This document shows, in pieces, positions 36,462 through 44,809 of a stretch of DNA of 64,000 bases. The translations under genes were made by a program, and so were the position numbers. The stretch lies in sequence record PP400781; one strand, 5' to 3'. This stretch comes from Escherichia phage FL20. Under the pieces are notes generated by a model. It had not been told where the DNA came from, did not search any database, and was given only the letters and a program-made list of their open reading frames with translations. The first letter of the stretch is position 1. Each line of letters begins with the position of its first letter.

Positions 36462-36497
36462 AATTTTCTTACCTCTTCAATTCATCTCAATAATAAA

Positions 36498-37116
36498 TTA
36501 TTTATATTTCGCGACCTTTGGATTTCGCCGCAGACCGGAATGTATTTGCGCTATACAACAATAAGAAACATTAAACATATCAGCTATAATTTGCTTCTTA
36601 ACTTTTCCTTTAAGCCGCATTATTTCTTCGACTTGCGCATTTGTCAGTTTTGCCCGTGAGTGGTTTTCACCGACATTGTTATTGAGTCCAGTTATAAATG
36701 AATGTCTCATATTTTCTAGTAAGGTTACTATTTCTAGATTCCACACAAAATTGCAGGTTTTTACACCATTGATGTGATTAACCTCAAGTCCGGTAAACGT
36801 CTCCTAGAAATGCATTTGCTACAAGTCGATGTATCTTTTCGGCTTTAACTGAGATTTTACCATTGTCTTTTTGTTTTGACAATGTTGAATAATAATATCC
36901 ATATCGGTCTAAAATTGGTTTTATTATTTTACCAGCACGTTTTTGTTGTACGAGCTTAATATTACCGGGAGAAACTTCTCTATAAAATTCGATACTTCGG
37001 TCAATAGATCTCAATCTACCATAATTAGAGATTTCATACCACGGATAACCTACAGCTTGTCTCCATTCTTCCGGCGCTGGTAATATGATATTATCATCTT
37101 TTGTTTCCATTGTCAA
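36498..37116 (-). pseudogene. frameshifted NUMOD4-HNH homing endonuclease
   Basis: Upstream ORF has NUMOD4 (GYPWYEISNYGRLRS) and IHRLVANAF; HNH core EVNHINGVKTCNFVWNLEIVT...ENHSRAKLT continues in another frame. Confidence 0.6.
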
Positions 37117-37439
37117 CTGCCACCGTACATTTCGACGATCTGCGCTGGAGTCAGCCCGTCTACATTAATCAGACTATCAAGCCCAAAACTACGAAAACCT
37201 TCAACTGCAATTTCATATACTGGCAAAGATGTTTCTGATTCTTTACGCGGTTTTTCAACATTCGGAACTAACCACTTTTCGTATGTTTCGAAAGGCATCA
37301 GTGCCGGATCTCTCGTGGCGATCATCTCGCGGACAGTACCATCTTTCTTAGTAAACTGCAAAGAGTGAGTACCGACCGAAAACATTTTCTTTAGTGCTTC
37401 ACGAAGTGCGATATTATCAATTTGTTCAGTCATTATCAA
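37113..37439 (-). CDS. hypothetical protein (108 aa)
   Basis: ORF coupled between cd and the endonuclease remnant. Confidence 0.5.
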   Translation of the reverse strand: MIMTEQIDNIALREALKKMFSVGTHSLQFTKKDGTVREMIATRDPALMPFETYEKWLVPNVEKPRKESETSLPVYEIAVEGFRSFGLDSLINVDGLTPAQIVEMYGGS

Positions 37440-37932
37440 TACCCTTCAAATCAGTCAATAATGCTTTTGGAATACGCGTGATCGTAATATCTGCATTATT
37501 CAGAATATCAGCCCAATCACGCCCACCATTTCGATCATATGTGTCGCAATAGTATAGATGTTTAATTCCACTGTTTGCAATTGCTTTAGCGCAATCTGGA
37601 CATGGTGAAGCAGTACACCACATACTAGCCCCTTCAATCGATACACCGCTACGGGCAGCAAACAAAATAGCATTTAATTCAGCGTGGATCTCGTTTTTCT
37701 GTGACCATGCACTATGTTCTGGTCGTTTTTCTGGGATCATTTTGCCGTCATCATCCAGCCAGCCGTTTTTATGTGCATGACAGCTACAATTTACTTGCCC
37801 TGCTGGAGTTCCGTTAAATCCAGTAGAAATGATTCGCCCGTCTTTTTCGATCAGTGCGCCTACCTTCCACGAAACACATTTAGAGTTCTTTGCGATCAGA
37901 TAGGCGATCTGCATGTAAGTTTGTGACAACAT
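37426..37932 (-). CDS. cd: dCMP deaminase
   Basis: Zinc-binding HAELNAI and PCPDCAKAI motifs; colinear with T4 Cd. Confidence 0.9.
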   Translation of the reverse strand: MLSQTYMQIAYLIAKNSKCVSWKVGALIEKDGRIISTGFNGTPAGQVNCSCHAHKNGWLDDDGKMIPEKRPEHSAWSQKNEIHAELNAILFAARSGVSIEGASMWCTASPCPDCAKAIANSGIKHLYYCDTYDRNGGRDWADILNNADITITRIPKALLTDLKGIDND

Positions 37933-37953
37933 AATATAATCCTCACATATTAA

Positions 37954-38157
37954 TTAACCGTATACGCGAAAGTATTCTACTGATCCGTCGCTATACTGTT
38001 TTACATTGAATGTATTCACACCACGGTCATTGCTCATAATGACATACACACTTCGACGCTCGTCCACAAACGGGTTAACTGGTGCTGGTTCAATCTCAAC
38101 ATTAAAACCACGTTTAGCAAGTGCTTCGCCTAATTGCTTGAGTTTATCGGTAAACAT
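37954..38157 (-). CDS. hypothetical small protein (67 aa)
   Basis: ORF between cd and pseT. Confidence 0.45.
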   Translation of the reverse strand: MFTDKLKQLGEALAKRGFNVEIEPAPVNPFVDERRSVYVIMSNDRGVNTFNVKQYSDGSVEYFRVYG

Positions 38158-39035
38158 TAAAAGTCTCCGTAGTTAACCTGAAAACATTCTACGCCAATTG
38201 AGCGGTACATGTCAACCACTTGATCACGGTCATCTACCGCCAAAACAACATGATAACGTGGTGCAATTTCAGAGAAGAAAATCTCTTTCTTTACTTCATG
38301 GTCTGGACGTCGATCATTAGTTTCACGCTGGAAGTGATCGCTAGGTTCAATACCATGTTCACGCAGCCATTGCAGAGTATCTTCTTCGCAAACATCCTCA
38401 CGCCCTGAGCATGTAATGATACGATAACCATTATCACGATACAGTTTAAGCATTTCGATCACTTGCGGACGCGGTTTATCTTCTTTGACCTTTGTCCAGT
38501 CAAACGGATGACGACCGCCCTTATCCGCTAATGTCCCATCAATATCAAAGATCACTGCCTTTGGCAGCATGGTATTCGGTTTGTATACTTCTTGACCCAT
38601 ATATTCCTGCATCAGATAAAATTGGTTACGCAAATGAGAAAGTGGAATTGCTTTCTCGCCTCGATAGAAATTACGTTTCTTTAGTGTCTCAAATGATTCA
38701 TTGAACACTTGTTCAGTATACACCGCGTTAAATTCTTTTGCAAGTTCTTTGTAGAATACACGATGTTTTTCTTTCAGGTTAGTATCAGAGATAATGATAC
38801 TCAATCCGCGTGATAGAGTCTCACGAGCAATCATTCTCTGAATAGACTCTACCAGCTTTTCTTTTTCCTTAGTATACTTGTATTTCAAATGTGAGTCAAC
38901 ACCAAACAACATAAGACGAAGATCATCGCGATTCACATTACGATAATTACTAAACCGTTTACATGTTTCCATAGCCCATGTAGTTTTACCGGACCCAGAA
39001 CAACCAACGGTTAAAATCACTTCACATTTCGGCAT
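38157..39035 (-). CDS. pseT: polynucleotide 5'-kinase / 3'-phosphatase
   Basis: P-loop GCSGSGKTT and HAD motif DIDGTL; start set at MPKCEVIL overlapping upstream stop. Confidence 0.9.
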   Translation of the reverse strand: MPKCEVILTVGCSGSGKTTWAMETCKRFSNYRNVNRDDLRLMLFGVDSHLKYKYTKEKEKLVESIQRMIARETLSRGLSIIISDTNLKEKHRVFYKELAKEFNAVYTEQVFNESFETLKKRNFYRGEKAIPLSHLRNQFYLMQEYMGQEVYKPNTMLPKAVIFDIDGTLADKGGRHPFDWTKVKEDKPRPQVIEMLKLYRDNGYRIITCSGREDVCEEDTLQWLREHGIEPSDHFQRETNDRRPDHEVKKEIFFSEIAPRYHVVLAVDDRDQVVDMYRSIGVECFQVNYGDF

Positions 39036-39487
39036 TATTTCTCCTTCGGTTTGCACCGTTCCTCATTAAGTTCTTTTCGATAATAACACATGATCAACTT
39101 ACTTTCAAGTGTATATCTCTTAATATCCGCAAGCCAGACTCTGAATTTTTGGGAGTCCTCCCACGACATAGAAACTCTAGGTTTACCGTCTATTGTATCC
39201 ACTTTCAGGTCAATGTCAACTTTTTCTATTGGTGCTGGTAGTGGAGGATGTAATTTCGGTTCCTGTGAATAATGGTCCATTGTACACGAAGAAAGAGCAA
39301 ATACAATAGGCACAGCGAAGACATGGATTATGGCGGTCTGAAAATTCTTATGTGCTTCCTTAAACAACCAGTGTATCACGAAAATTGAAAACACCATCAG
39401 GATAATAATGCTTGCACCTATCCCCAGATAATCAACCAGATTAAAATTGCTTATCTGCTCTTGCGTAGGCAATATTTCTATGCTCAT
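39035..39487 (-). CDS. putative o-spanin-like lipoprotein
   Basis: Hydrophobic N-terminus with lipobox-like ALSSC, proline-rich linker; coupled to upstream TM protein; T4 spanin position. Confidence 0.45.
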   Translation of the reverse strand: MSIEILPTQEQISNFNLVDYLGIGASIIILMVFSIFVIHWLFKEAHKNFQTAIIHVFAVPIVFALSSCTMDHYSQEPKLHPPLPAPIEKVDIDLKVDTIDGKPRVSMSWEDSQKFRVWLADIKRYTLESKLIMCYYRKELNEERCKPKEK

Positions 39488-39807
39488 TTAGTAGCCTCCT
39501 TTAATTCTTCGGTAAACTCCTTAAATGAATCATTAAGCTGTTTCTCTACCAACTTGGGTTTTTGTGCTACTACATAGCCTCGTGTAGCGTCTTTCATTGC
39601 TTTGTTTTGTTCTTCTGCAAACTTAGTTCTTATTCCGTACATCTCCTTTTGTAGTGAGTCTACGACCTTCATCTTTTCATCTGTCTTTTTCTTATACTCT
39701 GTAAATTCCTGATTTAATCGGTCCACCTCCTTTTTATTTTCCCACCACATATTGCCACCTACCCCCAGCAACACAGATATGATAACAATGTATATCAGCT
39801 TTGACAT
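39484..39807 (-). CDS. putative i-spanin (N-terminal TM, coiled coil)
   Basis: Start at MSKLIYIVIISVLLGVGG TM helix then charged helical region; 4-nt overlap with next gene. Confidence 0.55.
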   Translation of the reverse strand: MSKLIYIVIISVLLGVGGNMWWENKKEVDRLNQEFTEYKKKTDEKMKVVDSLQKEMYGIRTKFAEEQNKAMKDATRGYVVAQKPKLVEKQLNDSFKEFTEELKEATK

Positions 39808-39821
39808 ATTACCCCCAACGA

Positions 39822-39845
39822 CAAAAGGCGGGGAACTAGCCCCGC
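39822..39845 (-). terminator. putative terminator after rnlA (minus strand)
   Basis: Hairpin GCGGGGCtagtTCCCCGC followed by short U-run. Confidence 0.45.
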
Positions 39846-39851
39846 TTATTA

Positions 39852-41021
39852 TTACCAATCAATCTTATCAGCCGGAATCAGTTTCTTATAATTCCGTAGA
39901 TAGTAAGTTTTCATTGAAGCCAGAATACGGTCATAATCAAGACCATCAAATGCAATCATCAGACACATGAAAATATATGATTGTGCATCACCATGTTTAC
40001 GTGATTCGATAGTCGCATTGGATGCATATGTCTTTCTGTCTTCTCCCGCGTGTGCGTTATAAAATTCTGTTGCTGTCGTAAAGGCATTGCGAAGAATGGA
40101 CCTGAATGCTTCCTCGAATAGCTCAATTCGTTCCAGTGCTTCCGGTTCTCCTTCATATGCAGCACGCAAATCATCGGTTTCGCTTTCTACGACATAGTAG
40201 ATCAGGTTATTAGGAAACATAGATGTGTTTTTAATGTTATGCACACCAATATACCATTCACTCTTCACCTTGAACATTTGACCGTCTTTAGTGCGTGCAA
40301 CAATTCCTTCGATACCTTCTGCGGTCCGAACTTCATCAAGAATATTGCTAAAACGCGCTGAATCAACCTGTAACGCATTTACCAGATGAGGACGTAGGAT
40401 TGCGTCAGCAAATAGCATTTGATGCGGTACGTACTCTCCTGTGACGTTATGGCGTACATTCAGAAGTGTTAGCGACGGTTCAGAATATTCTACAACAATT
40501 CGGTTGCTGGGTGCTGTATATTCAAAGTTGAAAGTATAATCAGACCCAATATCAGCAATCTTAGCGCGTAGATCCGCATACTTCTCTGAATACAGAAGAC
40601 CGTTTGCTCTCTCTGCCTGGCTTGAGTACAAGGCCGCTTTAGACTTCAACTGAACATAGCCGTTATCAATGTAGGTGCTTACTAGACTACCGTCCATTTT
40701 GTCCATGACCATTTCCACATCTTCCGACTTAAAGCGAGCGCGATCATTCTCGCCTAAATTAAAAAACTTCTCCATAGGACGAGATGCAATGCGGACCGGA
40801 CGACCTTTATCGTCAATTTCAAACATGATCCCGCGACACTCTAACGCATCTGGTTTATTCCACATTTCCGGTTTGCTCAAGTACAGATAACTAAAAATGC
40901 GCATACGGGTTTGCATCGCCGTAATTTCATCTTTGTAATAGAACGTATCAGATCCGTCACATAGTGCCATCAGATTTTTGAACAATGCTAAAACTTTTTT
41001 GTTGTTTTCTTTTGTTGACAT
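39852..41021 (-). CDS. rnlA: RNA ligase 1
   Basis: ALECRGIMFE and ligase KxDG motif MDKMDGSL; colinear with T4 Rnl1; start may be slightly internal. Confidence 0.85.
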   Translation of the reverse strand: MSTKENNKKVLALFKNLMALCDGSDTFYYKDEITAMQTRMRIFSYLYLSKPEMWNKPDALECRGIMFEIDDKGRPVRIASRPMEKFFNLGENDRARFKSEDVEMVMDKMDGSLVSTYIDNGYVQLKSKAALYSSQAERANGLLYSEKYADLRAKIADIGSDYTFNFEYTAPSNRIVVEYSEPSLTLLNVRHNVTGEYVPHQMLFADAILRPHLVNALQVDSARFSNILDEVRTAEGIEGIVARTKDGQMFKVKSEWYIGVHNIKNTSMFPNNLIYYVVESETDDLRAAYEGEPEALERIELFEEAFRSILRNAFTTATEFYNAHAGEDRKTYASNATIESRKHGDAQSYIFMCLMIAFDGLDYDRILASMKTYYLRNYKKLIPADKIDW

Positions 41022-41418
41022 AATTTGTGTTCCATTCTGGTTTAAATTTGGTGATCAAAACAGGTTCTTCGATATCGGCAGTGCTTATAATATCCTTACC
41101 CGTTGGATTCTCGATGTACAACTCAAAGCACTGTCGGTAATAGAATGTTACTGTCTTACCTTCCTCTAGCGCCTTATGAATATTCTTACTCTTGCGAGTA
41201 TCCGCTGTTGGTGTTTGTCTGTTAATGCTAGTCCGGTAATAATTGATCCGCTTTCTGAGATTGACAGTCTGACCAATGTATACCAGTTCATCATCAACAA
41301 CAATAGCGTAAAGAACATTTAAACGGTTCTTCTGAGGCGGCAGAATCACATCACCATCTTTACACTCTAAACATGAATATTTAACGAATCCATAGTTTTC
41401 TATTAGCTCATTAATCAT
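40957..41418 (-). CDS. denA: GIY-YIG nuclease, endonuclease II-like
   Basis: LYAIVVDDELVYIGQT...R..NYY GIY-YIG-like motif; position between rnlA and nrdB as T4 denA. Confidence 0.6.
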   Translation of the reverse strand: MINELIENYGFVKYSCLECKDGDVILPPQKNRLNVLYAIVVDDELVYIGQTVNLRKRINYYRTSINRQTPTADTRKSKNIHKALEEGKTVTFYYRQCFELYIENPTGKDIISTADIEEPVLITKFKPEWNTNYVNKRKQQKSFSIVQKSDGTM

Positions 41419-41434
41419 TATCCTTTCCTCACGT

Positions 41435-41461
41435 CACAACAAAGGCGGGATTTCTCCCGCC
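41435..41461 (-). terminator. putative terminator (minus strand)
   Basis: Hairpin GGCGGGAGaaaTCCCGCC followed by TTTGTTGT. Confidence 0.4.
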
Positions 41462-41468
41462 CACCTTA

Positions 41469-41867
41469 TTAACTTTCCAGAATATCGCGAGCTTCGTTAC
41501 GCTCCTTGATGATTTTCAGGACAAATTCCAGTTTTTCTTTGTTCAGTGTTCCGTTTTCCATTGCTTCTTTGACGGTAAACACTCCGCCACCTTGCCCGTA
41601 TACAGTGACAGTGATTTCACCTAACATCGTGGTATGAAAACCGCCAATTTTCGGTGATTCGAAAGAAACAATTACCTCGCGAACAGTATTACCGTCGTTG
41701 ATTTCTGAGAGGGTAATGTCGTTTTTGTAGGCGGTTGCTTTAACCATACGGATCAGCATAGTCTGATCTGGGGAGATGGTCATTTTGTCCATTGCATGTT
41801 GCAATGCAGCGTAACCGAAAACTTTAACGAAGTCCAGAACATCTTTGCGAGTTTGAAATTTAATCAT
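41469..41867 (-). CDS. hypothetical protein (132 aa)
   Basis: ORF immediately downstream of PeSL. Confidence 0.5.
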   Translation of the reverse strand: MIKFQTRKDVLDFVKVFGYAALQHAMDKMTISPDQTMLIRMVKATAYKNDITLSEINDGNTVREVIVSFESPKIGGFHTTMLGEITVTVYGQGGGVFTVKEAMENGTLNKEKLEFVLKIIKERNEARDILES

Positions 41868-41929
41868 CTTGGTACTCCTTAGTTGTTTTGGTGTGGGAGT
41901 ATCTTACTACTCCCGTGATATGCTGTCAA
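41868..41929 (-). promoter_or_regulatory. PeSL-like early promoter cassette
   Basis: TTGACA / 17 nt / TAAGAT with GGGAGTAgtaagaTACTCCC hairpin / RBS. Confidence 0.6.
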
Positions 41930-41937
41930 CTGCTTTT

Positions 41938-42087
41938 TTATGCAACCGCAAACATCAACATTTGAACATTCTTGGCTGTCTGGCTTTCAAAGTTCTGACA
42001 TTCTTTGATAATGTCCTCTACTTTCTCGCCGGAGATCTCCGCGTAAGTTTCGATTGCCATTTTCAGTACCGAGTCAAAGTTGTTCAT
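41938..42087 (-). CDS. hypothetical small protein (49 aa)
   Basis: ORF below track cutoff, downstream of PeSL. Confidence 0.35.
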   Translation of the reverse strand: MNNFDSVLKMAIETYAEISGEKVEDIIKECQNFESQTAKNVQMLMFAVA

Positions 42088-42154
42088 TTGATTCTCCTTA
42101 AAGTTTATTTCGTTTCGATGGGGGTATATTAATACCCCCGTTATTCAGTGTCAA
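42088..42154 (-). promoter_or_regulatory. PeSL-like early promoter cassette
   Basis: TTGACA / spacer / TAATAT with palindrome GGGGGTATtaatATACCCCC. Confidence 0.6.
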
Positions 42155-42373
42155 CTACTTTTTAATGACAATTTCGAATTTTGCTACCTTGCGTCCTCGT
42201 TTATTGAAAGCAACCCACGGACGGTTTTCAATATAGAACAATTCTTCGCCAATAATGAATACTGGCTGATTGTAAAGGCGACCCATCAGGTCACGCTGGC
42301 GAATGGTAGTAGATTCGTATACTTCGCCTACTACAAAGTGTTTGCTGATAGAGTCGGTGCAAGTAAATTTCAT
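42155..42373 (-). CDS. hypothetical small protein (72 aa)
   Basis: ORF downstream of PeSL. Confidence 0.45.
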   Translation of the reverse strand: MKFTCTDSISKHFVVGEVYESTTIRQRDLMGRLYNQPVFIIGEELFYIENRPWVAFNKRGRKVAKFEIVIKK

Positions 42374-42435
42374 TTTGATTCTCCTTTGTTTCGTTTCGAT
42401 GGGAGTATCTTACTACCCCCGTTATTCAGTGTCAA
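42374..42435 (-). promoter_or_regulatory. PeSL-like early promoter cassette
   Basis: TTGACA / 17 nt / TAAGAT / leader CGAAACGAAACAAAGGAGAATC. Confidence 0.6.
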
Positions 42436-42442
42436 CTACTTT

Positions 42443-42661
42443 TTACTTGTTGTATTCATTCCACCATTTGGTGAGCTTATCAATTATTTTTGTGTTTCTA
42501 TCCAACTTCTCCCACCGTTTTCTAGGGTTTATCAACCGGAATAGGTAAGGTGTACTTGTTAAGTGAACTCGGTCAATGTAGTGATTGATGTACTGTTTTT
42601 CGATTCTAAGTTTCATCTTTTTACGATGAAAATATGCAATGACTTGTTCTTCTGTTTCCAT
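42443..42661 (-). CDS. hypothetical small protein (72 aa)
   Basis: Start at METEEQ after GGAGGAAC RBS. Confidence 0.45.
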   Translation of the reverse strand: METEEQVIAYFHRKKMKLRIEKQYINHYIDRVHLTSTPYLFRLINPRKRWEKLDRNTKIIDKLTKWWNEYNK

Positions 42662-42712
42662 ATGTTCCTCCGTTTCGATGTGTATTATGCTATGGCAAGA
42701 TCCTATTGTCAA
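42662..42712 (-). promoter_or_regulatory. PeSL-like early promoter cassette (short form)
   Basis: TTGACA / 17 nt / CATAAT / short leader. Confidence 0.55.
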
Positions 42713-42759
42713 CACCCAATAACAAAAAAGTCGCCACTATGGGCGACTTTGAACAAACA

Positions 42760-43236
42760 TTAATCATGACCGTGATTTGCAATATCCGCTCGCGTCTTAT
42801 CTTTGTGATTTCCTACGTCAAAGACACGATAACCATTTTCACGCAAAACTTTAATCACTTCTGGGTTATCCTCAAAGACTCCGACAACTTCATCTTTATC
42901 AAAGGATTTAATTACCTCTAATTTGATGTGATAGTCTTTACGGGAATCGGTACGGCCTCTCATAAAGATTTTATCAAAACACACCCCGTTAGAAATTAAC
43001 CAATCAATTGTTTCCATGTAAGCATGTGAACTTCGTCCGGTGAGGATGTAAATCAAATGCCCGTTGTCGGAAAGAGCATTAATAACACGAATTACATCGT
43101 AAATGGGGGAATCTCCCCCACATGCCTTGTTATATTCGATCCATGACTCGACTTTATCAAGATTTTCGGTTGGCATCTTTGCTAGTCGATGTGTTGGATC
43201 TGTGATCGTAAAATCTAAATCGACAAAATATATCAT
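42760..43236 (-). CDS. HAD-superfamily phosphatase-like protein
   Basis: N-terminal FVDLDFTI (DxDxT) motif, later ILTGRSS and GxFEDN. Confidence 0.5.
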   Translation of the reverse strand: MIYFVDLDFTITDPTHRLAKMPTENLDKVESWIEYNKACGGDSPIYDVIRVINALSDNGHLIYILTGRSSHAYMETIDWLISNGVCFDKIFMRGRTDSRKDYHIKLEVIKSFDKDEVVGVFEDNPEVIKVLRENGYRVFDVGNHKDKTRADIANHGHD

Positions 43237-44393
43237 AGATATTTCCCGAATCGGTTGTAGTCATCGTCTGTTAAATCGGTATTAACCTGAGATACCAGAT
43301 ACATAATCTCTACTTCCTGCGCTGCATTCTGTACTTCGTCAGAGTTCAACCATTTACGCATCCACGGTAACGGATGACGACGAACACTAAACGGGCTTTT
43401 CAGTCCGGCAGCACGCATACGGGAATCTGCCAGGTATTCTACATAGGTTTTCAGAATTTCCGGTGACAGGTTAGGAATTGCCCCCATTGCGAATAGGTGG
43501 TCTACCCATTCTTTTTCTTGCTCGACAACATCCAGAAAGATTTTCGTTGCTTCGCCTTCAAGTTCTTCCGCAATCTGTTTCCACTCATCACCATCAACCC
43601 CCGTTTGCCATTGACGAATAATGTATTGTGTGCCTTTTAAGTGAAGTTGTTCATCACGCGCAATAAATTTCATGATCTTCGCGTTACCTTCCAGTAAACC
43701 ACGTTCGGCAAAGCTGAAAGTACATGCAAAGGACACATAAAAACGAATTGCTTCCAGTGCATTGACGCAGTGTGCACACAGATAAATCGAAGCCATCAGA
43801 TCTCGTTTTGTATCTTCAAAAAATCTTCTTGCATCATCTAATGCTGTCTGGTCGTCTCGTTCTTCCCAATAGCGGAGATCTTCTTTTGCATTCTCATACT
43901 TACGAATCCAATAAAGAACATCATCATAATATTTCCCGATAGATTCCGCTCGCTTCATGATAGCAGGGTTATCGATGATCTGGTCGAACTCACTAGCCGG
44001 ATCAATGAAACAGTTACGCATAATGTGTGTATAGCTTCGGCTATGAATCGTTTCGCTGAATGTCCATGTTTGCAACCATGTATCGAGAGTTGGATCAGAT
44101 ACAATTGGACCAAATGCTGCGGACGGTGCGCGACCTTGAATAGAATCAAGTAATGTCTGATACTTCAAGTTTTCAGTAAAGAAACGTTTTTCAACATCGC
44201 CCATATTCAGATACTGAATGCGGTCGGTTGCAAGTGAAATTTCTTCGGGGCGCCAAAAAAATGACAATTGCTTTTCGATCAGTTCTTCAAATACTTGATG
44301 ACGCTGAATATCATAGCGAGCGATACCCAACCCACTACCCAGAAACATTGGTTCGTTCATAATATCAACATGTTCGCGGTTAAATACGCTCAT
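43233..44393 (-). CDS. nrdB: ribonucleotide reductase small subunit
   Basis: 386 aa; di-iron ligand pattern; no intron seen in this copy. Confidence 0.9.
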   Translation of the reverse strand: MSVFNREHVDIMNEPMFLGSGLGIARYDIQRHQVFEELIEKQLSFFWRPEEISLATDRIQYLNMGDVEKRFFTENLKYQTLLDSIQGRAPSAAFGPIVSDPTLDTWLQTWTFSETIHSRSYTHIMRNCFIDPASEFDQIIDNPAIMKRAESIGKYYDDVLYWIRKYENAKEDLRYWEERDDQTALDDARRFFEDTKRDLMASIYLCAHCVNALEAIRFYVSFACTFSFAERGLLEGNAKIMKFIARDEQLHLKGTQYIIRQWQTGVDGDEWKQIAEELEGEATKIFLDVVEQEKEWVDHLFAMGAIPNLSPEILKTYVEYLADSRMRAAGLKSPFSVRRHPLPWMRKWLNSDEVQNAAQEVEIMYLVSQVNTDLTDDDYNRFGKYL

Positions 44394-44740
44394 TAATTCA
44401 CCTCACTATCACTTTTTAACACAAAAGATCTTAGTATTTCTGTTTACTTCGCTATCCTGCTGCAATTCCTGCACAGCTTCAAAACAATTTTGATGTGATG
44501 AAAACTCTACGCTGGTAACAGTTCCTTTATTATATGATCCTACGCTAACGGAAAGCAATAACCATACAGTAGCCATTATCCGACAACCTCAAAACATTTA
44601 TCATCAGGAAGAATCGCCCATTCTACACCATATTCATCCTCGACGTAGTCAAGTCCCATCATGTCGAGCATCATATTCATCACCAACAACAAAGCTATCA
44701 GCTAGTTCAAAATCTACAGCAACACATTTTAATTTGGTCA

Positions 44741-44801
44741 TAATAAAATCCTCACTTGTTTTTGATGGTTGTATTATAGCGGGGATTTCTCCCCGCGTCA
44801 A
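44741..44801 (-). promoter_or_regulatory. PeSL-like early promoter cassette
   Basis: TTGACG / palindromic spacer GCGGGGAGAAATCCCCGC / TATAAT. Confidence 0.6.
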
Positions 44802-44809
44802 CACTTATT

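Noticed and set aside
36498-36746. 82-aa ORF as rIII (same length as T4 rIII, near gene 31)
   Set aside because: It contains the HNH_3 C-terminal motif (NLEIVT...ENHSRAKLT) and the reading frame continues upstream into an HNH core without a Met. It is the 3' part of a frameshifted homing endonuclease and lies on the wrong side of gene 31 for rIII.
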